Assembly: GCF_009914755.1 (NCBI RefSeq)
Contig: NC_060928.1
Length of the DNA stretch: 64,000 nucleotides
Source of the DNA: the human T2T-CHM13v2.0 reference genome, Homo sapiens
Direction: 5' to 3' (one strand)
Part shown: positions 17,461 through 32,837 of the stretch, one piece after another
How the letters are laid out: every line of letters begins with the position of its first letter
How positions within the stretch are numbered: the first letter of the stretch is position 1
Notes under the pieces: generated by a model
Seen by the model: only the letters and a program-made list of their open reading frames with translations
Database searches by the model: none
What the model was told of the DNA's origin: nothing
Made by a program: the position numbers and the translations under genes

Positions 17461-18530
17461 CAAAACAAAAATTGACAAATGGTATCTAATTACACTAAAG
17501 CCTTTCTGCACAGCAAAAGAAACTATCAATGAAGTAAACACGCAACATACAGGATGGGAGAATATATTTCCAAACTATAGATTTTACAAAGGTTCAATAT
17601 GCAGCATCCATAAGGAATTTAAACCAATTTACAAGAAAAAAAAAATTAAAAAGTGGGCAAATGAAAGCAACAGACACTTTTCAAAAGAAGACATACATAT
17701 GGCCAACAGGCATATGAAAAAACGCTCAATATTAATAATTGTTAGAGGAATGCAAATCTAAACCACAGTAAGATGCCATCTCACACCATTTAGAATGGTT
17801 ATTACTGAAAAGTCAAAACAAACAAACAAACAGATGTTAGTGAGACTGCAGAGAAAGGTAACATTTATACAATATTGGTGGGAGTATAAATTAGCTCAAC
17901 CATTGTGGAAGGCAATGTGGTGATTCCTCAAAGAGCTAAAAACAGAACTACCATTCAAGCCAGCTATCCAATTACTGGGTAATACCCAGTAAGGAATATC
18001 AATTACCCTCTCATAGAATATCAATTATTCTATCATAGAGAAACATGCATGTGTGTGCTCACTGCATCACTGTTCACAATAGCAAAGACATGGAATCAAC
18101 ATAAATGCCCATAAATGGCAGACTGATCAAAGAAAATGTGGTACATATACACCATTGAATACTATGAATCCATAATAACAAACAAGATCATGTCTTTTGC
18201 AAGAACATGCATGGAGCTAGAGGACATTATCCTTACCAAGGTAACACAGGAACAGGAAACCAAATACTGCATATTCTCATTTGTAGGTGGGAGCTCAATG
18301 ATGAAACACATCGACACACAGAGGGCAACAACAAACACTGGGGCCTACCAGGTTGGAGGGTGGGAGTGGGAGAGAAGCAGAAAGAATAGCTATTGAGTAC
18401 TAGGCTTGGTATCTGAGTAATTAAATGATCTGTACAACAGACTCCCATGACACAATTTTACCTATATAAAATCCAGCATATGTACCCTTGAACCTAAAAG
18501 TTTAAAAATAAATAAAATAAAATAAAGATA
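17461..18530 (+). mobile_element. 5'-truncated L1PA (about PA13-16)
   Basis: ORF2 C-terminus (MWYIYTIEYY, ORF 18136-18396), 3'UTR and (AAAAT)n tail. Confidence 0.92.
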
Positions 18531-19825
18531 AAGTTAGAGGTTGAAAGGCCACAATTTTTTCAAATAATAAGGGCTCACTATTCAGATTATTAGCACTCTG
18601 GGAAATAAGGCCAGTAGGCATTTCAAAATTAAAATTTGAGGAAAAATGTTTGAAGTTTAATAAAAGATGTCACTGGAAAAAAATTTTCATATCAAAAAAT
18701 AAAAATTTACCTATGATGCTTAATGGTTAAAATGCAGAAAAACACAATACTTACTTCCATAAATGATGCAAACATTCCCTACAAATTGAAAACTTTACAA
18801 TGGTAATAAATATTAGATATGAGTGGAATCAAATTTCCAAAAATATTTTGTAAAGAACAAAGAATTATACATACCATTATGTCTTTTAAGATTTTGTTAA
18901 TATTTGTAATAATTTAGCAAATTTGTCTTATTATAAGCTAATCACACACATATACAAGTCAATTTTAGCCACTTCTTTTTTACCAGCAGCAGAGAGATAT
19001 TAGATCATAGCCACACTCACACGTAATTGAAGCTTGGAATTATACCCTTTTTTAAAAAATTTATTTCATGCTGAGAAGTATGGACAAAAAGAAAATGCTA
19101 ATTTTTTAAAACAAGTAGAGAATAGTTCCTTGGGAATAACCTTCTGTCTCTGCCTCTCCCATATTTTATTTAAAAAGCAGTGGTTTATAAGATGTTATTA
19201 TATATACTGCAAGAAAAAAGTTGTTGCACAGTCAAATGCCTTAAATATTGGTTTATTCAAAAGTAAATACTTTGCTTACTGTATAAGTTACCATCATGTG
19301 TAACATGGTGACTTAATTTTCCAAAAGGAAATTGATATATATAACGATTCCCCAAAACTGTTTTATTGGTGAGGTAGAGTCACTTAAGATTGACAAACTT
19401 TGTATTTCCTATTGAAGTCAATAGATATTATTTTATAATGTAAAAAGATTAGAAATCCCTAGTAATTGGAGAAATCTCATTTTAAATGCATAAAAAAAGA
19501 GTGATAAAATGAGCAGGGTAGAGCTCAGGTAGTGTAAGAGATCAAAATGAACAATAGTAAAGAACTACAGGCTATAAGGTATTTATGTTGTTCCAATAAA
19601 ATACTGAATGTATATTTAACCATCTACCATCCTTGTTGAATGCCAGGGATGGTGTTTTTGTCAAGATAAATTTGAAAAAAAAAAATCTTGGAAATTCGGG
19701 TTTTGTAACTGATAGTAGATGAAAGACTTCTTGAAGTATCTTCAGGTTTGGATCCTTTGTACTGGAATTCTTAGAGCATTTGAAAAGAAAATGTAAAAGA
19801 TTACCTCAAATTTTTTCTTAGAATG

Positions 19826-20155
19826 TTGCAAGGACATGGGTGAAGCTGGAAGCCATTATCCTCAGCAAACTAAAGCAGGAACAGAAAACCAAACACTGCA
19901 TGTTCTCACTTATAAGTGGGAGCTGAACAATGAGAACACATGGACACAGGGAGGGTAACAACACACTGGGTCCTGTCGAGGGACGGCAGGTGATGGTGGG
20001 GGGAGCATTAGGGAAAATAGCTTATGCATGCTGGGGTTAATAGCTAGGTGATGGGTTGACAGGTGCAGCAAACCACCATGGCACAGGTTTACCTATGTAA
20101 CAAATCTGCACATCCTGCACATGTAACCCAGAACTTAAAATAATAATAATAATAA
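19826..20155 (+). mobile_element. Short L1PA 3' end (about PA10-12)
   Basis: gaagctggaagccattatcctcagcaaact...ggtgcagcaaaccaccatggcac; (AAT)n tail. Confidence 0.92.
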
Positions 20156-22309
20156 TTTTTTAAAAATTGTCTGGGATACTTTTTGGTATTAGCCCCAGTG
20201 TTATAACCTCATCACTCTCTGAGCTCTTTCACACGATTTATTTAATTCACAACTTCTAAGAAAATATAATACGTTAGTCTGACTTCTTGGACTCAGAATT
20301 GTACACTATAAACATTATAAGTCCATAGGTAATAGCTATTTTTAATACTTTCCTCAAAAATGACTAGTTTAAATAAATGAAAGCATTATTCCTCATAATT
20401 GTCAACAAGAGAAGCATTATTTGTTAAGGTTCTAATGTGATTTTAATAATTGGTTGAATAGAGTTTAATTAGTTTGCTTATTATTGTAATAATCATTCAA
20501 TACACTATTGCATATATTCTTTGACATGCTCAAATTTTCACTATAATTATGGTTGATTAGACTAATTCATATCTGTTGTATTATAAATAAACACATTTAG
20601 GAAATTCAGATTTTGATAATTTACTGTAAAGAATAATATCAAGATAACTAAGTGACACTGGTAGAATTACTCTTTTGCATCACAAAGAAGTATTTAATTA
20701 ACATAATTAATTCTAATTAGTATTGGTGTAAACATTTACACATGTGGTTTTATTTCACCTGTGTTCTATATATTTATACATCTGTGTTAGTCTTATTGAG
20801 TTAATAAATATTCAAATATTGATGGCATGGGATTTGAAGATGGTTAGCCAATCTCTACTTGTTACAACTAACAATCAGATGGGGGAGTAGGAACAGGAAA
20901 ATTAATTCACCTGAATAAATAATTATAAAATAAGGTAAGATATAGTAATGGAGAAGAATGATTCAAAGCCAGGCACTGTCTCTTATTATTTGCAGAACTT
21001 TAATATTATGAAAGTTACCCTTATTTTACTTTATACTGTGGATGATGCCTGGTATATATAAAGCTCCAGGAGACAATGTTAGCCATTATTGATACCATAT
21101 TGAAGCTAAATAATACTATGGGTGTTCAGTGAAACATTTTGTTATCAGAAAAGGTATTGGGAGCAGATAGTGAATGCAGAATAAGAATTGGTGGGTGAAG
21201 CATGAACTGTCAATGTGAGAAAAACGCATTTAATTATGGAAGGAATGGGGTAATTTGAGATTTTTGTTTGCTTTTATATAATTTCAAATAAGGAAAGTGT
21301 TTGTGTCGGGTTTAAGTTTTAAGAATTTAAATTGGATGCTGGTTTTCATGGATTAGGGAAGAAAGACAGAAAATATGAAATGACCACACACTGCAATTTC
21401 TGAATTAGATTAGGTGAAAAGCTATGTATCTGATGATAATGAAGAAAAAGAGGATAGCTGGAGAAATATTGTGAAAAGAAAAATTTACTACATGAGGTTG
21501 GCCCTCTGCAAATAAAAAAACCTTAAATTAATCTTCTCAGATAAGAAAAAAACTATGTAAATTATAACATTCTTACTGAAGCCAATCTACCTATTGTAAA
21601 AGTATTTGTATGCTACAGATATGAGCAATGCCCATCAAGAGGAGCCTAGGACACAGCCAAGACTGCAAATGTGGGTAGCTTCTACCTACTTTCATTTCAT
21701 TACATTTTTAGGCTATAGATTATGCTCAATTTTTAAGCCAAAAATTATGAAATATTCTCATTGAGTACAGGAATATTATATTATGTTAAGCATCTCTAAA
21801 GATTCTAAAGAATTTGGCTAATTTCGATTGAGCTTTCAATAATGGGCATGCTTTTTTAAAAAATCTAATATTCAAATTAGACATTTAATTGAATGTCAAG
21901 ACAGATGCACTGAACTTTCTAATAAGTTGGCTCTTGATTTCAAATTTATCATCTTTTTTCTCTTAAATATTCTTCTCTGTATAAGCAAAGATTACCTTTG
22001 TTGTAATTATATTAAAAAAATCAGTGAAAGCAGCACTTTAAAAAAATAATAAAATAAAAAGTCCAGGTTTGTTTGGTTTGGTTGGTTTTTTGCCCTTGGC
22101 ATCTGTCTTCACATGAGTCACATATTTTTGATTCTTTTCATCATTTAATAGTAAATAAGCATGGATATCTGGATATTGTATGAAACAAGGACAAAACTAC
22201 AATGCAGAGTTCAAAAGTATCCTCAGAATTATATTTTCACTTTATCCTGTTTGTCTCTTATTCTGATATCCTGCTTACTTAGTTACCATTTCTAAAAATC
22301 CATATATTC

Positions 22310-22445
22310 ATTTATGGAGATGGGAACATATCTCATTTACTGTTGTATTGTCAGAGCCTACCACACTCATTTACTATTGTATTGTCAGAGTCTACCACAG
22401 TACTTTATATGTGGTAAAAGTCCAATAAATATTGGATAAATATAA
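22310..22445 (+). mobile_element. L2 3'-end remnant containing a 34-bp tandem duplication
   Basis: cagagcctaccac..caataaatattgg L2-end-like motifs; units 22332-22365 and 22366-22399. Confidence 0.65.
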
Positions 22446-23157
22446 TCATAATTAGTTAATAAGGGAAAACAGTTGCCAAGAGAATATTATTTACTTTCTA
22501 TTTCAAAGGACAGGTAGTATAAAGAAAATTAAAATGAGATTCATCTAGAGTGTGTTACAGGTAAAAGCTGTTCAATTAATTAAGAACTTTAATAACTTCC
22601 AGTTTATGGTGCTATAACAATTTCTGGTATCTAGAAGAATAGACTCATCTGTTTTTATCATTGAAACAAACAAACACAAAAATAAAAATGAAGAATGTAT
22701 AGCTATCTTGCCCACCATTCTCTTTAAATGTGAATATGCTGAGATCAATAATGACTGAGATTAGTTGCTTCTGTATTTTATTTTTGAATACTTAGTTTAA
22801 TTTTGTTTTAAAATTAATAAATCACAAAATTAAAATGAACAAGTTCATTTAACTGTCTTCCCAGGTAGTTATTATTATTATTACGTTTTAGTTATATGTT
22901 TAAAAGAGGAGATATTTAATATGTCAGCCTAATTGGAAAAATGTGTCTTTGGCATAGGTGATTTTCAGAACAAAAGCTCATCTTTACAAGAGCTTTGTCC
23001 TCTGCTTTGATCTTAAAAAACAGAACCTGGGTGGAGAGTGACAGAGCAGAAACATCAGATCTGTCACTGAGAAACCAATTTTCTGAGAAAGACTGGAATC
23101 GATGTAAAAATGCAATCCGTTTTCAAAGTTGGAGCCAGAGCAATCGTACTTTTCTTA

Positions 23158-23277
<120 letters not shown>

Positions 23278-23280
23278 TTA

Positions 23281-23373
<93 letters not shown>

Positions 23374-23438
23374 TCACTGGCGAAATTTGACTAATTCCTC
23401 TATAGGTTGGGAACAGAACAGTTTGGAAGGGCTTTCTA

Positions 23439-23624
<186 letters not shown>

Positions 23625-23627
23625 TTA

Positions 23628-23975
<348 letters not shown>

Positions 23976-24079
23976 TTTTAAATGCCCTGAATATATATGC
24001 CATACAAATGATTGAAAACAACAACAACAAATCAACTCCATGGCGGTCACCATGTTAGATCTGTTGAAATGCTACAACA

Positions 24080-24410
24080 GGCCAGGCACGGTGGCTCAGG
24101 CCTGTAATCCCAGCACTTTGGGAGGCAGAGGCGGGCGGATCACCTGACATCAGGTGTTCCAGATCAGTCTGTTAAACATCGGGAATCCCTGTCTCCACTA
24201 AAAATACAAAAATTAGCCAGGCATGGTGGCGCGCTCCTGTAGTCCCAGCTACTCATGAGGCTGAGGCAGAAGAATCATTTAAACTCAGGTGGCAGAAGTT
24301 GCAGTCAGCTGAAATCGTGCCACTGAACTCCAGCCTGGGCGACAGAGCAAGACTCTGTCTCAGTACATGCATGCATACATACATACATACATACATACAT
24401 ACATACATAC
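24080..24410 (+). mobile_element. AluS with (TACA)n tail
   Basis: Full dimer; tail replaced by (catacata)n; residual TSD at[g/a]ctacaac. Confidence 0.93.
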
Positions 24411-25029
24411 ATACTACAACTATATTAGTTGAAATGATAATAAGTTAGTTACACAGAATAAAAGAGGCATCTTAGTGATCCGCCTTTGGGAACAGAAAAC
24501 CCAGTTTTCTGGGGGAAATAAAGCATTCTGTATGAAAGTTTATTAAAGCATTTAGTTGACAGATTGCTTCTATAACCTTTATTCTTGTTTGTGAGAAACA
24601 TTTATAAGCCTATGCTTCTAAAATCTATAAACTGATATTCTCATTCACAATTAAAATGAGCAAGACAGATTGGTTTTAGCACACAATAGCATTTTTATGG
24701 ACTCTCATTTTTTTCATGGGCCACTTAGCTGTAAATAATTCATGCAAATAGCAATTAGACCTTTCCTGGTTTATGCATATACACATAATGGTTATTCAAG
24801 TAACACAGAAATATTTCAAGCAGTTTTCTATATAAGACATGGATATTTAAAACCATATGTTTGAAAGGTTAATTAAATGGATTTGAAATAAAATACAAGA
24901 TAATTCAGAATGGTGAATTTCTGTATTTTTCAGGTCAGTACCTCCACATACTGTAGCAAACAAGTCAAAAACCTGTTGAATTTTCTGTTACCATCTTACA
25001 GTGTTTTAAATCTGTACTGTTATGTTCAA

Positions 25030-25562
25030 TATTTTTTCTTAAGAAAAAAGATGAAGATTATATTTAACTATAGTGTAAGTATAAAAACTGTAGTATCAGC
25101 ATTGATACAGTACTAGTATCTTATTTAATGACCTTACTTAAATATTTCCTATTGTTCCATTGCTATAAGTGACAAAAATCTGGTCCTGGATCCAAGGCAA
25201 GATTTTAACTTGCACTGAGTTGTTAAATTTCTTTAATCTCCCATAATCTGGAACAATTCCTTGGATTTTTGTTGTCTTTGATGTCCTTGATATTTGTGGG
25301 ATGTTCCTCTATTTACATATTTGTATGATGTTTCTTTATGATTAAATTCAAGTTAAACATTTTTGGCAGGGTTACCAGAGGAAATATTTCATCCTTCTCT
25401 GAGCATAATGATAGGAAGCACATGATTTCTATTTGTCCCATTACTGATGAGGTTAACTTGTTTTGCTGAGTTCAGGTAGTGTGTAACTTCTGCTCTTTGA
25501 TATTACTATCTTTCCATTTCTAATTAATAAGTAACTTGGGCAAGTACTATCTTGAAGTTATG
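25030..25562 (-). mobile_element. L1MC4/5-like 3'UTR remnant
   Basis: tttttggcagg, ggaagcacatgat..atttgtcccattactgatga, taattaataagtaa. Confidence 0.65.
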
Positions 25563-25659
25563 ACCAAGACCCATGATTTATTTTAACATTGTGACGAAGT
25601 ATCAACATAAATTTCTGGGAGGATTATGGCCATTATACAATTAACTAAAGAGACATTGA

Positions 25660-26450
25660 GACTCACGTTGAGTAGAGGTAAAGAGCTGTGCAGTGAAGGA
25701 TCTTCAGTGACAGGAGTGAAGGCAGAGCATGTTCACAGATGCAGAGCAGTTGGAATATTTCTTGAAGAAAGGTGAGTTTTTTCTTCTGTTACTCCCTTTT
25801 CTGTAAAATAGATGGCAGAGTATCAGCTTGATGCAAGAGGCAAGGAGATGTTAGAGGTTTGATGAGAGAAAACGTTCATATTGGAAGTATTTGAGAGTTC
25901 ATAACCTAGGGGGAAAATAGGAGGACTGCTTAGTAGAAATTATAAATTGCATGAGATATATAAGTATCTCCATTCACATAAAATGAAAACAGTGAGCACA
26001 GCTGTTTCAATTTTTCCCAATTGTATACTTCTTGCATACAGTTGCTGAAGAGGAAATTAATTGGTTTTAATCATTAAAATTAGAGATGAGAGAATTTCCC
26101 AGCAAGTATAAGAAATGTAGAGCAGGGAAAGAAAATGATGAAGCCCTGTCTTTATGTTGGGTAAAGAAGAAAGGAAGAAAATGATAGGTGTGGTGAAGTT
26201 TAAAAACTGGTAGTGTCAGTAAATTAGATGATGCAAAGTGTTGGAATAGTATCTGGAGTGAGAATATTGGAGTAAGTAATCTTGAAAAACAGATGAATGC
26301 AGTCAGTAGCTAAATGTTTTAAATAATTTTGGAAGTGAAACATTTATTGATAACTATATATATGTGTGTCTGTATATACACACATACACACACACGAGTG
26401 CACACATGTGCACATACTAGTGTACCAGGGTACACTGTGGAATAGTGCAA
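25660..26450 (-). mobile_element. Decayed L2 internal fragment
   Basis: Purine-rich antisense L2-like text (ttttctgtaaaatagatggcagagtatcagct); very diverged. Confidence 0.45.
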
Positions 26451-26968
26451 ATTAATAAGACAGGATGTGGATGATCTGATGACATTTTTATTTTTCTTGG
26501 ATGAGAAGTAATATATATCCTGTCAATCTCTTCGAAATAGGGAGGAAATCTGTCTCACCAACTCACCTGCCTGTTTTGTAGCTGACTGAGTGACAGAATA
26601 TATATCCATCATCTAATAGTACTCAGGGAAGCATTATCCTGAAGCTGTAACCAAAATTGTGCTATTATTCTTATTTATCATAATTACTATTCCATGTCTA
26701 CAGAATGTTTGTTGAAATCTTCCATTTGGAGTCAGGAAAAGTTCTTCTATTGTCATTCCTGTGTAGCCTGAAGTTAGTCACCTTTGTAAAAACTAGGAGA
26801 AGACTATTTATCCACTGGCCGCTACTGTTTCTCCTATTCCACACCCATAAAATATTAGCATAGTGATCATGGCAAACCCCCAATATAAAAAAGAGATACT
26901 CAATTGTGTCAATAATTGAGAGAATAAACATGTAATAAATAAAAGTGTGTTATTCTAATAACTGTTTT

Positions 26969-27344
26969 TGTCTTATTTAATTTTGGCTGCCATAACAAAG
27001 CATCATAGACTACATGGCTTATAAACAATAGGAATTTATTTCTGAGTTCTAGAGGCTAGAAGTCTGAGATCAGGGCACCAGCATGGTCAGGTTCTGCTGA
27101 GGGTCCTCTTCTGGACTATAGATTGCAGACTTCTCATTGTATATTTATTGTATCCTCTTGTGGCAGAAAGAAGGCTCGAGAATTCTATTTTTTTTTTTTT
27201 AATAGAGGCACTAGTGACATTCATGAGGGCACCACCATACCAAGTAATTTCTTTCCAAAGACTTCATCTTCTAAAATGATCACATTGGGGATTTGGATTT
27301 CAATATATAAATTCCAAGGTGACACAATTGTTCAGGCCATTGCA
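26969..27344 (-). mobile_element. MLT1A-like solo LTR
   Basis: ggctgccataacaaag, gttctagaggctagaagtctgagatcaggg, attcatgagggc; ends ttgca. Confidence 0.85.
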
Positions 27345-28627
27345 GTTAACATAATTTTTTATTTAGAAATTTAATTGCACTCTTTGAAATATTTAAGAAG
27401 AAATATGAGAAGAAAGAATACGCCCATAGTAATGCATTTTAGTGAAGATTAAAACTGTTATTAAATAGCAGAATGGAGAAGTAGATTGTGTAATGCCAGG
27501 GGGCAATGGAATAAATAAACTATAGCTTTTTCACAACATCGATAAATTTCACAAATGTTCATATGGAAATGTACACAAGTCATAAGTATGCAGCTTAGTG
27601 AATTATTACAGTGTAGAATGGAAGATTACCTCACCAATTAAGAAAGAATAAGTAAAAAAGGATATTTGAATTATTGCAAAGTAAATATTTAATGAAGTAA
27701 CACATTTTCCCAGTGAGATAGGAAAAGACATAGAAAGTGATGAAAAGAAAGATGAGATAAGTAGGTACTCCACACATTTTACTTGGGGATATACCCATAT
27801 ACCCATTGATGATAATGGGTTAGCTAGTCACCAGCAACCAGTTCTTTAAATGTTCACAGCCTATGATTCAGCAATCTCACTTCCAGGAACAGATTTTGTA
27901 GATATATTTGCACAAAATTTTAAAAATAATAGCAAAGTAAACTATATATATAATATATAAGTTTATATATAAAGTGTATATAGTAGTTTATTTTGCTATT
28001 ATAATCTTCATATCTATTAATCGTGTAATAATTGAATAAATGATATATATGGAAAAATAAAATAGCTCTCTTAAGAAACACACATAAAATGTGAAATATG
28101 TTGCATTTTGTAAAGTGTATATGACATGTTTAATTGTGTGCTTTATACTTTCAATTTGTATTTTATGAATTATATATTGTTTTCTTGTTCAATAATAGAT
28201 GAACAATTTAGACTTTCTTTTATTTCCAAAGAACATACTGTAGCATTTATTTCTCAAAGCATTCATTTTTATCTGTCTTAATTTATTAGTATCTTTAGTG
28301 TAAGTAATACCTTTCTTTTAGGTAAGTTATACCTCTTTTACATAAATAAAAACCTCTTTATTTTTGAAAACTCTCCTATTTTCTGAGTTACATGTTTATT
28401 TTATTTACTTGGTTTTTAATTATTTTCTTAAACAATTTTTAACATACATTTTTATTAAGATGGAGTATCACTCCATCTTAATAAAATTAATTAGCTCTTA
28501 ATTTGTTGTTAAATGTCAAGTATATCTTATGTAGGAAGCATGTATTTTGTTTTTTTGAAATTTGTCCAGTCTCTCAGCTCTTTAATTGTTATATTTAATT
28601 AATGTATTTCAATATAATTAATATGAT

Positions 28628-29162
28628 TGTTGTGGTGGGGACTGTTAAGACCACACCCAGGTTTGATAATTCACAAAGAGGATTCATAGGACTTAGAATA
28701 TAGTCATACTCATGGCTATTACTAATTATGGTGAAAAGATACAAAGCAAAATCAGCAACATGAATAGATGCAGGATAGAGTCTGGAGGAAAACAGGTGCA
28801 GCTTACAAAGAGTATTCACCTATTGGAGTTACACAATGCATGCTTAATTCCTCCAACAAATGTTGTGACACTATGTGTTGTAGAGACTCAATGTCCACAG
28901 TTTTATTAGGGTCTAGTCACATAAAACCCTATTCCTAGCACATATGAAATATCAGACTTGCAGAAAGAAATTAGATGTTCAGCATAAGCCATATTGTTTT
29001 TACAAGTATTTTAGGCAGGGTGAGCCACTCTTTTTAGTTCTGAGAATAGTAGGAAATATCCCAAAATTCAGATTCCCAGATGCCAGACAAAAGGCAACTT
29101 CACCAGCAGGTCTTTATAAGGACAGCAACCTCAGGCTTTCTATGTTACCCCTTTCTAAGCAG
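28628..29162 (-). mobile_element. MER68/MER77-like LTR
   Basis: gatacaaagcaaaatcagcaa, ttcccagatgccag, ctcaggctttctatgttac. Confidence 0.7.
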
Positions 29163-29359
29163 CCATACCTTTGGCCCTTGGCCAAAGTTTCCTTACAACA
29201 TGGCCTCTTTTCCAGATTGCGTATTACTATGATTTTAGTTTGATTATTTAAGTAATCAGATTTACAGGATTATTTCACTCTTAAGAGATTACGGCATGCT
29301 GCCACATGAGAAATGCCCCAACAATTTTGAGACAACACATAAAATAGCTAAGAGCATTT

Positions 29360-29800
29360 GTAATCTTCCCCAGGCAAGGGTGAATAACAAAACTTCCAAA
29401 ATTTCTCAGTGGCTTTACAATAATAATGATATTTTTCACTTATGTCACCTTTTGGCAGCTAAGAGTAAGCTGCAGTTCTTTGCTTCTACGTTTATTTAGC
29501 TTATCTATATGTCTTCCTCTCTCTTAGGCCCTAACTGAAAGATCAGTGGTTACAAGTGTAACAAGATGAAAAAGCAAGAGAGCAGGCAAAAACCAGCTAT
29601 GGCTCTAAAAGCTGTCGTAGTTATCACTTCTGCTCACATGCCATTGGCTAAATCAAGTTACATGGTGAAGCCCAGCACTAATTCTGGAAGGAGGCATACT
29701 CTTCCCACTGGAGAAGGTTGTATCACACGACAAAAGAAAGGAAGGTCAATCTTTCTGAGAAAAGAATGAGTGAATAAATGGGAACTGTTATACCTTTAAT
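29360..29800 (-). mobile_element. Old MLT1 (I/J-like) LTR
   Basis: tctcagtggctt, cacttctgctcacatgccattggctaaatcaagttacatgg. Confidence 0.65.
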
Positions 29801-32738
29801 ATTTACTGTTTCCACATGGTGGTCCAAATGCTTTATATATGTTATGAGGAATTATTTACCTTATTTCAAAGAAAAGCAAAGTTCAATATAATTCTTCCTG
29901 AAATATTTAATAATGAGATTCAGTTAATTCAGTTGTGCCTGAAATTTTTAATGTATCAATTAAAAATTTTTAATTCAGCAATTTATATTGCAAAAGAATA
30001 TGCACTTAGACTTTAGAGATTTTAGTATAACCTCAAACATATTTATAGACTTTACTAAAGTTACATATATTCTGTTCATTTCACTATTTTTTTACACACA
30101 CATACATATATACTGATCATAAACTTATTCAGCCACATTGGTGGCTATATGCTATAATTGTATCTATGAGAAAATATGTTGTTCATCACAGCAAAATATG
30201 AAAGCTATTACATGCTGCTACAGACTGAAAACTTTACTTGATGATGTGTGGCTATGAGTAATAGAAACAATGTTAACTACAGCAATATATTTGTTTATGA
30301 AAATACAGAATATTTTATATAGGATCTAGAAATGTAATATTACATTTATTTATATTTCAAGTTCTTTATCTATAAAATTGTGATAATAATCTTTTAAATT
30401 TTATGGGATTTCATGTAAGTTAAACTAATTTGTAGAAAGCATTTGGATCATTGTATGAAAATAGTACATATTTAGCATCAATGTGTGCATTTTTATTTTA
30501 TCCACATGAAATACAGCAAAACTTAAGGAAAATACCAACGTTTTCTTTATTACATAGTATTTACTTAGTATTATTAAAGATATTTATCTTGAATATTAAC
30601 ATTTTAAGCACACACAGTTCAATACCAGAAGTTTCTCTAAGTTTTCACAACATTTGACAAGGGATTTTGGACAGTTGAAGGAAGATAAATATTGGCTTGG
30701 AAATAAAAAATGAGCTTGAAAGATAGAAAAACTTAAATGTATGGGACTTTGTAATTGACTATATAGCAAAGAAAGTCAATGATAACTTGAAATGTTATGG
30801 CTGTATACAGAATGGAGGATAATGGTGCAACAGAGATAAGAAATAGAGTAGAAGAAAAGATTTAGTGGAAAATTCAAGATGTGAATTTTACTAGTTCAAA
30901 ATGATGACAAAAACCTAATTTTTAAAGTTTTAAGTAAATGTGCATTAACCACAGAAACTCATGCTCAGTGCAATCCTATTAAGACATAAGTATCTGCCTT
31001 TTAAGGATACATATTCTTGCATTAATACAAAAATTGATACCACTGACGTAAATGTGAAACAAAAATCTTGGGATTCGACTTGTTATCAATGTCTATCAGA
31101 TTTAATAAGGACACCAAAATTTGTAAGAAGTCATTTCTCTATTAATCCAGATTTGTATTTTAATAGAGAGAAGTAAAAGAAACTTCATACAGATATCATA
31201 ATATATTATCTGACGATATAATCTGATTATATGTGATTAACAGAGAATATTTTTTCTCACTCTTTGGATTTTTATTTTCTGTCACTCTCCACCATTCTTA
31301 TGCTAAGTTCTAGAAAATTAATTTCATTATGGCTCAAGATGCAAACTATCTTAAGTACTAACTTTAAATGTGAATTAAAATTTGCCTTGATATTCATTAC
31401 CAGGAGAGGTTTCCTACATCTGGTCCTAACTGTTTGAATCAACTCCTGATTTCCCCTGGTTTTCCTTGATCCAAGACAAACATGCCTAGGTGCTATAGGT
31501 TACTCTTTTTGATGACTCAAAAATATAATATTTTGGTGAAATTAACTTCCAATATTTTTAAAATTATCATCTGGGCATGTTTAGATAGTTGGAGAGCATT
31601 AAACTTATCTATTGTCATTAATTTCATGGAAATGAATTTGGGAAATTATCTGATAACCTAAGGATGCCACTGTTGGAAAGCACTTGACTCTTCTCTGATA
31701 AAAAGTTAATTAAAACATCATTCTGCTAGCATGTTTGGCTCTCTTTGATGTTCACGTAATTACATTATTTGGATATGATCAGATTATATGCAAAAAACAG
31801 AGGTAGGCAAGTTAGAAGATTAGAAAAACAATTTAAACAACTTGAGTCAGAACTTTTTGTAGGGTAATTTCCCATGCTTAATCTGATTTCTGGCAATTCT
31901 TACATAATGAATTCATTTGAAATTTTCTAAGAGGTTTGAGCAGATTTTCTTCTTTGATAAGGCCTATTAATGTGAAAGTGAACATGACAAATGGCCTTTG
32001 CTATACATCTGACTTCAAGCAGCCAATTTTGTAACCTTGAAAATCTGTCAGGGAAAGCACCAGATAAAAGAAAAATAAACTTAGATTCATGAGGAAAAGA
32101 GAAAAAACACTGTAAATAACTCTTGTAGTTATCACTTATCAAGCTACTACATGTATTCCAAATACTAGATTGTATGTATATGTCTACTGCTTCAGTAATT
32201 ACTACTTAAGAAGGATTAATGCAGAAAGAAAAGTCAAACAGAACAAATTGAAGGTACAAATAATATTCAACTTAAAGGAGCACACTTTTGCATAACAAAA
32301 TAAGATTCTCAGTATATTTTTAAATGCAATTAATTTACTGAGTTGTTAAATTTGTGCAAATTAATATTTCTTGAAAACAGCATTTATTAAACATAAAAAA
32401 TTATGTTTTACTTTAGAATAAGCACAAGATAAGTTTATCTTTTTAAAGTATATAGTATGAAATTGTATTATTTACTGAAGGTTTTTTCTGTCTATAAAAT
32501 ACACTATTTAGATAAATAACCATGCTAGTATACCAACTGTTACCATTACAAGCTGTTTCAAAGAGAAATTACTTTTTCTAAGTTGATCATTAGAAACATA
32601 TGCTAGCAAAGCAAAATAAGTGCCAAATAAGATTTTACATTTTAAGCAAAAAGAGGAATACACTTTAAAAATAACCCTCAAAGTTATTTTAAATAGCCCA
32701 CTTTACACTCATATGATTTTGCCTTTGGGAAGACACAA

Positions 32739-32758
32739 GATGGAAAGTATCTTCCTAA

Positions 32759-32810
<52 letters not shown>

Positions 32811-32837
32811 TGGAAAGTATCTTCCTAAACACATACA

